From the NCBI GenBank assembly GCA_039588255.1, contig JBDHAF010000007.1, forward strand, positions 38,137 through 102,136: a stretch of DNA of 64,000 nucleotides, written 5' to 3'. The stretch comes from Gemmatimonadota bacterium (GTDB lineage Bacteria > Gemmatimonadota > Gemmatimonadetes > Gemmatimonadales > GWC2-71-9). Every line of letters begins with the position of its first letter. Positions within the stretch are counted from its first letter, which is position 1. Shown here in pieces: positions 17,999 to 25,459 of this stretch. The position numbers were made by a program, and so were the translations under genes. Under the pieces are notes generated by a model, which saw nothing but the letters and a program-made list of their open reading frames with translations, did not search any database and was not told where the DNA came from.

Positions 17999-19192
17999 AT
18001 GACGATGCAGCGCGCGTCGACACCATCGCTGCCGCACACGGTGGCAGCTCTCGCCGGATTCTTGGCAGTCCTGCCGGCGGTTCACTACGGCGAGCTCGCC
18101 GGACAGCAAGCGCCCCCACGGCACCAGCTCGAGGAACCGGACGCCACATTCCCGGAGCCCTTCAGCCTCATCCGGGGCCTGAGGGAGCTGAGCGACGGGC
18201 GGGTTCTGGTCACCGACTGGATCGAAGAACGCTTGGTGGCGCTCGACTTCCGCAGCGGCGAGGCCCGGGACATCGGGCGGGTGGGCGGCGGTCCGAGAGA
18301 GTTCCGCCTCCCCGCCAGTCTCGTGGCGCTCCCCGGCGACTCCACGCTGCTGGTGGACGTGGGCAACGGACGGTTCGCCATCGTCGGACCAGATCTGGCC
18401 ATTCACCGCACCATGTCCGCCCGTCCCACCGAGGTCCGCTTCGGCCCCACACCCCGGTCCGCGGATGCGGACGGCTTGCTCTATTTCACCACGTCGCCGT
18501 TCGCGAGAGGACCCGCCGCGGGACCCAGCGACTCGGTGGATATCGCCCGCTGGGATCCGGAGCAGCACACCGTCGAGTCCGTCGCCACCGTCAACGGCAT
18601 CACCCGCCGCCGTGACCAGAGCCCGAGCATGACGCCGCGATTCCCCAACGTCCCGTTCGCCCCTCAGGACGCGTGGGCCGTGACGCAGGCGGGCGAGGTG
18701 TTCGTCGTTCGCTCGGGGGACTACCACATCGAGCGGGTAACCCGTGACGGGAACCTGGTGGTGGGACCGCCCATCGAGTACCCGGTGCTTCCGGTTACGC
18801 ATGACGACAAGTACGCCTATGTCCTGTGGAACACGCTGAGCAGTCCCATCGGCGGCAGGGGCGAGGGGATGATGCACCAGCCGGCGGAATGGTCCGAGCC
18901 CGCGTACATCGAAGAGATGATCGCCAACAACGAGTTCGCCGAGGTGAAGCCGCCGTTCGTGCCAGGCAGCGCGTGGACCACGCTGGAAGGCGAATTGTGG
19001 GTGCAGCGGTCCATGCCGTTCGGCAAGCCCATAACGTATGACGTGTTCGACGATCAGGCGACGCGCGTCAAACAGGTGGCGCTGCCGGAGGGGCGGCGGT
19101 TACTCGGATTCGGAACGGGCGTGCTGTACGCGGTTGTCGAGGATGCGGATGGGCTGCAGACGATCGAGCGGTATCGGCGACCTTCCCTCTGA
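17999..19192 (+). CDS. Hypothetical secreted protein
   Basis: ATG 17999 follows GGAGGA. N-terminal hydrophobic segment VAALAGFLAVLPAV. Coding-like composition over 397 codons. No family recognised. Confidence 0.55.
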   Translation: MTMQRASTPSLPHTVAALAGFLAVLPAVHYGELAGQQAPPRHQLEEPDATFPEPFSLIRGLRELSDGRVLVTDWIEERLVALDFRSGEARDIGRVGGGPREFRLPASLVALPGDSTLLVDVGNGRFAIVGPDLAIHRTMSARPTEVRFGPTPRSADADGLLYFTTSPFARGPAAGPSDSVDIARWDPEQHTVESVATVNGITRRRDQSPSMTPRFPNVPFAPQDAWAVTQAGEVFVVRSGDYHIERVTRDGNLVVGPPIEYPVLPVTHDDKYAYVLWNTLSSPIGGRGEGMMHQPAEWSEPAYIEEMIANNEFAEVKPPFVPGSAWTTLEGELWVQRSMPFGKPITYDVFDDQATRVKQVALPEGRRLLGFGTGVLYAVVEDADGLQTIERYRRPSL

Positions 19193-20042
19193 AGCCCAAC
19201 CCAAGGTTTCGACAATCCGTACCGTTCATTCGGGCCACAGTCGGCGAGCCCGATCTCTCGGTCGGCCTCGTCGCATCGATCCGGACCCACGGCTCGCTGG
19301 CCAACTGGCACCCGCACCTCCATCTGCTGGTGACCGATGGCGGGTTCTGGGCGGACGGCACCTTCGTGCCGTTGCCGCTGCACGATATCACGACACTCAC
19401 CGAGGCGTTCCGACGGGCGGTGCTGCGGCTGTTCGTGCGCCGGGAACTCATGGATGGCGAGACGGCGCAGGGCATGCTCGCCTGGCCCCACTCAGGGTTT
19501 CACCTGCATGACGGGGTGTGGTTGCCGCCGACGATCGCGCCTTCGCCCTACGGCTGGCCCGGTACTGCGCCCGTAATCCCGTCGCGCTCGAGCGCCTGGA
19601 CTATCAGTCGGGCGGCGCCACGCTCACCTACCACTCTGACAAGGCCAGCGGCCCCACGGCGGGTAGCGAGACCGTGGATGCCCTGGAGTTCATGGCCCGC
19701 GTGGTGAGCCATATCCCCGACAAGGGGCAGGTGCTGCAGCGCTACTACGGCTGGTACGCCAACCGCACGCGCGGCGTACGGCGCCGAGTTCGCGGCGGCG
19801 AGGACCGGCCGGTGGTGTATGCCGAGCCGGTGGCGGTTCCGCTACGGGAGGCGCGCCGGCGTTGGGCCGAGCTGCTGCGGCGCATCTTCGAGATCGACCC
19901 GCTCGAGTGTCCCCGGTGCGGACACGAGATGCGCATCGTCGCATTCATTACCGAGCCCCATGTGATCGACCGCATCCTCAATCACCTGCGCCGCAGCGCG
20001 TGTGCAGACCGCCGTTCGCGTGCACCGCGGTATGCCCAATAG
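19193..20042 (+). mobile_element. IS91-family (HUH / Y2) transposase remnant, 5'-truncated and frameshifted
   Basis: Frame 1 (19201-~19510): VGLVASIRTHGSLANWHPHLHLLVTDGGFWADGTFVPLP...AWPHSGFHLHDGVW. This continues in another frame (19518-20042): AADDRAFALRLARYCARNPVALERLDYQ...VSHIPDKGQVLQRYYGWYANRTRG...LECPRCGHEMRIVAFI. No N-terminal region and no start codon. It begins immediately after the stop of the upstream gene. Confidence 0.75.
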
Positions 20043-20054
20043 AACGTCATGGAC

Positions 20055-21197
20055 TCAGGCGGTCGCCACGCGGTTGCGGCCGCTCTGCTTCGCTTCGTAC
20101 AGGGCTTCGTCCGCCCTGGCCAGCACGTCGTCGATGGATTCATCCTCCGGGCGAACCGACGCCACCCCAATGCTTACGGTGAGAATCAGGTCGGTCCCTT
20201 CGTCCAACGTCGTGCGCAGCCGCTCCACCGTGCGACGAAGACGATCCGCCTGATCCTGGCCGTCGTCCGTTTCGGGGAGCAGGATGGCAAACTCATCGCC
20301 GCCAAGCCGGCCCAGCACATCCGTTTCCCGCAACGTCGTAATGCAGGATTGGACAACCGCCTTGAGGACCTTGTCACCCGCCGAATGGCCATGCTTGTCG
20401 TTTACAATCTTGAATCCGTCGATATCGATCATCAACGCCGTCAATGGCCGCTGATAGCGTTTGGCTCGTGACAGTTCGTCGGCCGCCAACGTGAAGAAGT
20501 TGCGTCGGTTGTTGATCCCGGTCAGGCTGTCCGTGGTCGCCAAAGCTTCCAAGTCCGAGTTCAGTGCGCGTAACTCCTCGTTCAAGTGCCGCTGCTCGAT
20601 GAGGCGCAGATACTCGCGCCGCTTTGCCACATGGAGGCGGTGCGCGGTGATGGCGCCGAATACGTTGGCGATCGTCACCCCGCCTGCGAACGTGACCACC
20701 GGCGCTTCGAGGCCGAAGAACACCGCTACAGCAATCACGTATCCAAGACCTCCAAGGGCCCCGAGCCGCACCATGGTGACGAACCGGTTGGGAAAGACGA
20801 GATAAGACGCGAGCACGACAAAGAGAGCAACGAGCAGGTGCTCCGTGGACGCCAGGTACCCCAGTGCGACGAAATAATAGAGAACGAGAAAGAGGAACAC
20901 CTGGAGTACTGTCACCGCACGGTTGATGCTCTCTATCCGCGTCATCCGGCGTAGCCGGGTGAACTCGAACACGCCGAGCGCGACGAACAGCAGCCGCATG
21001 GGGAAGGCCAGTAGCAGGGCACGCCGCAGTCCCATGCTCACGACGTCGGTGGACAACCCCGCCATGACGAGCACCGGCACGACGAGTATGGCGATCCTCG
21101 CTTGATCGCACGTTTCACGGAACGACCAGTCTCGGAATTCACGCTCGTCGGTGGCACGCCGAAACTCGGCTCGCACACCTGTCAATGCTGTTTTCAT
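20055..21197 (-). CDS. Membrane diguanylate cyclase (multi-TM N-terminal domain + GGDEF)
   Basis: About 6 hydrophobic segments, a coiled linker, then DSLTGINNRRNF...DIDGFKIVNDKHGHSAGD...RLGGDEFAILL. An RETD (RxxD I-site) lies 5 residues before GGDEF. Confidence 0.9.
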   Translation of the reverse strand: MKTALTGVRAEFRRATDEREFRDWSFRETCDQARIAILVVPVLVMAGLSTDVVSMGLRRALLLAFPMRLLFVALGVFEFTRLRRMTRIESINRAVTVLQVFLFLVLYYFVALGYLASTEHLLVALFVVLASYLVFPNRFVTMVRLGALGGLGYVIAVAVFFGLEAPVVTFAGGVTIANVFGAITAHRLHVAKRREYLRLIEQRHLNEELRALNSDLEALATTDSLTGINNRRNFFTLAADELSRAKRYQRPLTALMIDIDGFKIVNDKHGHSAGDKVLKAVVQSCITTLRETDVLGRLGGDEFAILLPETDDGQDQADRLRRTVERLRTTLDEGTDLILTVSIGVASVRPEDESIDDVLARADEALYEAKQSGRNRVATA

Positions 21198-21322
21198 ATG
21201 CGGATCACTGTCCGAAACCTAGTTTCCCCGGAAGAGGCGCACAATGCGGCTGCGTTGTCTCCGTGTTGAAAGCGCGCGGCCTTGGTGTAAATATTCACCT
21301 CCGACCTTGGATGGGAGCAGTC

Positions 21323-21969
21323 ATGAAACCCCGTGCCCCGGGTTTCCTGGCCTGGCGTTCCTCATCATGGCATGCAGCACTTCCCAGGCGACAACCTTGC
21401 CGTCTCCTACTCCAACACGGGCGGACCGCCAAAGGTCCGATCAGCAAGAGGGCCCCAAGCGTGGCAGCGACACGCTCCCCATCTACCAGTCAGCGCAAAT
21501 CAATAACTTTGCACTAATCATCGCCGCGTTCGACGTGGAGACCATCGGTCCGGACAGCAACACCGTCGTCATCGACGTGACGAGCCTGTTCGAGACCGAC
21601 GTCCCGGCCATCAGCGGCTTGCGCCGCCAGCAGCGGACCAGCTTTGGAGTGCGGCGGCTCGATCCCAACCGCACATTTCTCGATCGCGCAAGCAGCTACC
21701 CGCTGAACGTCGATGTGCGACACAGCCTCACGTTCGAGGCCACGCAGCCACCCTCCGACGCCAATACGGGCGACTTCAGTCCCGAGGACGTGCGGTACTC
21801 TACGGTCCGTTACGTGGCCAACATGACCCGCAATGCCGTTGGGCCGAGCGTGTCGGATCCCCGCTCCGGATCGGCGCAGGCCCCATTGTGCGCTGCGGCA
21901 CAGCACCGCCCCCGTCGACCTGCCAGGTTGTGCCCCAACAGGGCTCGGATGCATCTTAATGTGAGGTGA
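21323..21969 (+). pseudogene. Remnant of a lipoprotein zinc metalloprotease (DUF5117/DUF5118-type), frameshifted, internally deleted and 3'-truncated
   Basis: ATG 21323 gives MKPRAPGFLA. It then needs a frame change to continue as LAFLIMACSTSQ (lipobox). Further on, TLPIYQSAQINNFALIIAAFDVETIGPDSNTVVIDVTSLFETDVPAISG...RRLDPNRTFLDRASSYPLNVDVRHSLTFEATQPP resembles, from memory, an internal block of ~800-aa DUF5117 metalloproteases. The catalytic part is absent. Confidence 0.4.
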
Positions 21970-21975
21970 ACGATC

Positions 21976-22140
21976 GTGAACACCAAACTCTTCTCGGTAT
22001 TTGGGGCGTCTGTCGGCGGGACGATCGGCGGCCTGGCGGGGGTCCAAATCGGGTTGATGACCGGCTTTTTTTCATCCGTTTTCGGTATCGGACTCGGCCT
22101 CTACCTCACCCGCCGTTTCGTGCGCGCGTACTTGGAGTGA
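21976..22140 (+). CDS. Small glycine-zipper membrane protein (54 aa), absent from the supplied ORF track
   Basis: GTG 21976 lies 7 nt after GAGGTG (21963-21968). Translation: (M)NTKLFSVFGASVGGTIGGLAGVQIGLMTGFFSSVFGIGLGLYLTRRFVRAYLE*. Stop TGA 22138-22140 overlaps the response-regulator GTG 22137 (GTGA). Confidence 0.5.
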   Translation: MNTKLFSVFGASVGGTIGGLAGVQIGLMTGFFSSVFGIGLGLYLTRRFVRAYLE

Positions 22141-22769
22141 CGGGAGACACGACCGTGAAGATCCTCATCGCCGAAGACGATCCGGTCTCCGCAACTCTGC
22201 TCAAGACGTTGCTGACCCAATGGACCTACGAAGTGGTCGTCACCGAAAACGGCGATGACGCCCTGGGCATCCTCACGACCGAGGACGGTCCTTCCCTAGC
22301 CATCCTGGACTGGATGATGCCGGGCTTGAACGGCGCTGAGGTCTGTCGAGCGGTGCGAGGCGCCTCGCTCTCTCGCCCGGTATATCTCATCCTGCTCACC
22401 CGGTTGGGGAAGCGGGAGAACATCGTGGAGGGGCTGGAGTCGGGCGCGGACGACTACCTGGCAAAACCCTTTGACGCCGCCGAGCTCCGGGCCCGCGTGC
22501 AGGCGGGTCTCAGAGTGGTCAAGCTGGAGAGAGAGCTGCATCATCGTGTTCGCGAGCTGGAGGAAGCCCTGTCTAACGTCAAGCAGCTCCAGGGTCTGCT
22601 GCCGATCTGCAGCTACTGCAAGAAGATTCGTGACGATCAAGATTATTGGCACCAAGTCGAAAGCTACGTGGGGCAGCACTCCCAAGTGGAATTCAGTCAC
22701 AGCATATGCCCGTCGTGTTTCGATACGGTCATGAAGCCTCAGTTAGACGATCAGGCGGACAAGAAGTAG
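22137..22769 (+). CDS. Response regulator: receiver domain + coiled coil + C-terminal Cys4 (CxxC...CxxC) module
   Basis: KILIAEDDPVSATLL...LAILDWMMPGLNGAEV...LTRLGKRENIVEGLESGADDYLAKP (REC). Tail LPICSYCKKIRDDQDYWHQVESYVGQHSQVEFSHSICPSCFD. Start is GTG 22137 (coupled) or GTG 22155 (after GGGAGA). The ORF-track start 21966 is upstream junk. Confidence 0.85.
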   Translation: MTGDTTVKILIAEDDPVSATLLKTLLTQWTYEVVVTENGDDALGILTTEDGPSLAILDWMMPGLNGAEVCRAVRGASLSRPVYLILLTRLGKRENIVEGLESGADDYLAKPFDAAELRARVQAGLRVVKLERELHHRVRELEEALSNVKQLQGLLPICSYCKKIRDDQDYWHQVESYVGQHSQVEFSHSICPSCFDTVMKPQLDDQADKK

Positions 22770-22771
22770 CC

Positions 22772-22954
22772 ATGACGGAAACGAGCGACGAGAAGAGCGA
22801 ACGCTCAGAAGAGAAGTCTAGTTTGGCGCTCGGATGGTACGACCCAGGCAACATCCTGCGGAGTATCGTACTTTCGTTGATGGACTCTGCGGATCACGTG
22901 GCCGAGTGGTTGTTGCCCAGGAAAGGAAACGAGGCGACACCTAAAAGAGATTGA
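22772..22954 (+). CDS. Hypothetical small acidic protein (60 aa)
   Basis: ATG lies 2 nt after the response-regulator stop. MTETSDEKSERSEEKSSLALGWYDPGNILRSIVLSLMDSADHVAEWLL.... No SD and no homology recognised. It overlaps the convergent gene by 14 nt. Confidence 0.3.
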   Translation: MTETSDEKSERSEEKSSLALGWYDPGNILRSIVLSLMDSADHVAEWLLPRKGNEATPKRD

Positions 22955-23357
22955 GGTAGTACGACCACTTCATGGTCTCACGCGTCAATCGCCACTTGGT
23001 GAGCTGGGAATACTCCATCCGGAAGTAACGCACCTCGTTGCCGAAGGGGGGCGGACCCCCGTCCACCCTGATCCGCACGCGCACCACCATGTCGTCGGGT
23101 GTTCCCCGTCCATTGATCTCCACGAAGTCGATGTTATCCAGCGCCAGCGCTCGCTGGGCCGTATCTTCGGTGGGAGCAGGGTTCTCTGCCATGAGCCGGC
23201 TCGCATACTCGCCCTGTAGCCAGAACTTCAGTTCATCCGCCGCGTCCGTCTCGATTGTGGATATGGCGCTGATGAAGCGGAAGCCGACAAAGGCCACCAC
23301 CACGATGATCGCGATGATGGCCTTGGCTCCTGTCAACTTGAACTCGATCTGACCCAT
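22941..23357 (-). CDS. Hypothetical membrane-anchored protein
   Basis: MGQIEFKLTGAKAIIAIIVVVAFVGFRFISAI (N-terminal anchor) followed by a ~100-aa soluble domain. It lies 60 nt downstream of the aminotransferase on the same strand. An alternative start is at 23399. Confidence 0.5.
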   Translation of the reverse strand: MGQIEFKLTGAKAIIAIIVVVAFVGFRFISAISTIETDAADELKFWLQGEYASRLMAENPAPTEDTAQRALALDNIDFVEINGRGTPDDMVVRVRIRVDGGPPPFGNEVRYFRMEYSQLTKWRLTRETMKWSYYLNLF

Positions 23358-23417
23358 GGCACTGCCCTTGGTGACGTCGTCTCCTACGACGACGTTCAAC
23401 CCGTTGCCACAGCGGCA

Positions 23418-24542
23418 CTACACCCAGTTGCGTGACCGGAAATTCCGCAGAGTTTCCGAGAACCGGGCCATGTCGTCCGGCATGGCCAACGAGACCCTGT
23501 TGTACGTCAGCATCGGGGGAAACGCGCGGCCCACGAGCCAGCCCTGTTCGCGCATCCGATCCCGATATGTCCTCAAGTCACCCGTGATGCGGTGCATGAG
23601 GAAGTTCGTGTGGGATGGGAGGTGCTCGATGCCGAGGTCGTCGAGCGTATCCTCCAGAATGCGTCTGGCGCGCGTGTTCGCATCGATGCTCCGCGGGATC
23701 ATTTGCTCATCGTTGAGGCTCGCAAGCCCTGCTACCGACGCCAGATGGTTGGCGTTGTTGCTGGCCGCAATAGCACCGACACGCTGGACGGTATCTTCGT
23801 GGGCTACACCGTACCCCAAACGCATCCCCGCCATACCGTAAATCTTGGAGAACGTACGCACGACGATCACGTTCGGTTTGCTCTCCACCCACTTCAACGC
23901 CGACCAATACCCTTCCGCGCTTTCTGCAAACTCGTAATAGGCCTCGTCGACCAGGAAGTACACGTTGTCCGGCGCCGATCCGATCCACGAATCAATCTCC
24001 GCACAAGACGTGATCGTGCCCGTCGGATTGTTGGGGTTACAGAGGTAAACGATGGCCGGACCACCCGACGCCCTGACCACTTCTTGCATGCGGCCGATGT
24101 CGTGTGAATAGTCTGCCCGCAGCGGCACCATCTCGAGGGGGATCGAGAACGGTCTTGCGTAACGCGGGACGTCCTCAAACGTAGGGTCGGCTGCGACGAT
24201 GGGCGCACCGCGACCGAAGAGTTGCACGAAGATTTGCAGGATCTCGGTCGACCCGGCCCCCAGCTGGATGTTGGCGGTCTTCACACCGTGTTTCTTCGCC
24301 AACGCCTCCATGACCGGCTCGCGCGACGCTCCCGGGTACCGGTTGCAGAGATCCAGCCCGTCGATGATGGCCTGGCGAGCCGCCGGTGAGATGCCGAGGG
24401 GATTCTCGTTGGAGTTGAGGCGCACCGATCCATCCGGGAGCCTCCGCGGTGTCGCACTCAGCAGTGAGGGGAAGGTGCCGGTCCCGCCAACACCAACCAA
24501 CCCTGCTGCCAGGCCCGTCCGTAGAAAGGCGCGTCGTTCCAT
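23418..24542 (-). CDS. Class I/II PLP-dependent aminotransferase (histidinol-phosphate aminotransferase-like) with twin-arginine signal
   Basis: ATG 24542 follows GGAGG. MERRAFLRTGLAAGLVGVGG (RRxFL). LNSNENPLGISP, CNPNNPTG and TFSKIYGMAGMRLGY (the Lys of SK is the expected PLP site). Confidence 0.85.
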   Translation of the reverse strand: MERRAFLRTGLAAGLVGVGGTGTFPSLLSATPRRLPDGSVRLNSNENPLGISPAARQAIIDGLDLCNRYPGASREPVMEALAKKHGVKTANIQLGAGSTEILQIFVQLFGRGAPIVAADPTFEDVPRYARPFSIPLEMVPLRADYSHDIGRMQEVVRASGGPAIVYLCNPNNPTGTITSCAEIDSWIGSAPDNVYFLVDEAYYEFAESAEGYWSALKWVESKPNVIVVRTFSKIYGMAGMRLGYGVAHEDTVQRVGAIAASNNANHLASVAGLASLNDEQMIPRSIDANTRARRILEDTLDDLGIEHLPSHTNFLMHRITGDLRTYRDRMREQGWLVGRAFPPMLTYNRVSLAMPDDMARFSETLRNFRSRNWV

Positions 24543-24604
24543 GGGAGCCTCCGAGTGGGGAAAGCGGTTGAGCAACAATACGGGTCGGAGGGGGATGTCG
24601 CCAG

Positions 24605-24987
24605 CTACCGGCGTCGCTCGAGAAATCCGACCAACTCCCTGGTGAACCGCCCGGGGTGCTCGAGGCGAACCGCATGGTCTCCGTTGGCCAGCGTCACCCA
24701 CCGCCGGTCCGTCGTCCCCAGCCTGGTGAACGTCTTGGCCAGGGATTCCGTCGGCGCGAAGGGCTCTCCCCTTCCACCTGGAGATCGAAATCGGGGACAC
24801 CGCTCCACGTGCGACCGTGGATCAGAACGATCGCCCCCACTGGAGCCGCGGGCCGCTTCTCCCACACAGCCACCGGATGCCCGTCCACCACGACAGTGTG
24901 GCGGGTCCCCTCCACCGGGCCCGTCCCCCCACACGCGGGGAGGGACAGCACGGCCGTCGCAATCCAAAGTGTTGGGAGACAACGCAT
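24605..24987 (-). pseudogene. Alpha/beta hydrolase lipoprotein remnant with internal deletion plus frameshift
   Basis: Frame A: MRCLPTLWIATAVLSLPACGG...HTVVVDGHPVAVWEKRPAAPVGAIVLIHGRTWSG...LQVEGE. Frame B continues PFAPTESLAKTFTRLGTTDRRWVTLANGDHAVRLEHPGRFTRELVGFLERRR*. The ~150 aa that should carry the GxSxG nucleophile are missing. Confidence 0.5.
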
Positions 24988-25093
24988 TAGAGCCTCAAGG
25001 GTGGGGGAGCGAAATGCAGGAATACCATCGGACCAGAGCCGCCGGTAGGAGACCGGTGCGCCGGTGAAACTCCGGGCCGGGATTCCCGTACTT

Positions 25094-25104
25094 CTACATT
25101 GTAG
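25094..25104. promoter_or_regulatory. Palindrome CTACA-T-TGTAG upstream of padR, candidate PadR operator
   Basis: 11-bp perfect palindrome ending 16 nt before the padR ATG (25121). It contains TACA/TGTA half-sites reminiscent of the ATGT/ACAT-type PadR operators I recall. Confidence 0.25.
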
Positions 25105-25120
25105 ATAACCGGAGATCCCC

Positions 25121-25459
25121 ATGCCCAAAGGCGACTTCCTGGGAGCGTTCGAAGAAATCGTGCTGCTGGCGTTGGTCCACCTCGGCGAGGACGCCTACGG
25201 CATGACGATCCGTCGCGAGATCGAAGAACGCGCCGGACGAGCGGTTTCGATCGGAGCGGTCTACTCGACCCTCGACCGGCTCCAGGCGAAGGGTTTCGTC
25301 TCCTCCCAATACGCCAACGGCTCCGAGGCGAGACGGGGCCGGGCGAGGCGGTATTTCAAGCTCGAGCCCGAAGGGGCCAAGAGTCTCGAGCGTTCCAAAG
25401 AGATCCTCGCCAACATGCGCCGCGGCCTCGAGCCCGAGTCGGAGCTCACCAAGTCATGA
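25121..25459 (+). CDS. PadR family transcriptional regulator
   Basis: FEEIVLLALVHLGEDAYGMTIRREIEERAGRAVSIGAVYSTLDRLQAKGFV...RRYFKLEPEGAKSL. The stop overlaps the permease start (ATGA 25456-25459), which is the known PadR + ADOP permease pairing. Confidence 0.9.
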   Translation: MPKGDFLGAFEEIVLLALVHLGEDAYGMTIRREIEERAGRAVSIGAVYSTLDRLQAKGFVSSQYANGSEARRGRARRYFKLEPEGAKSLERSKEILANMRRGLEPESELTKS

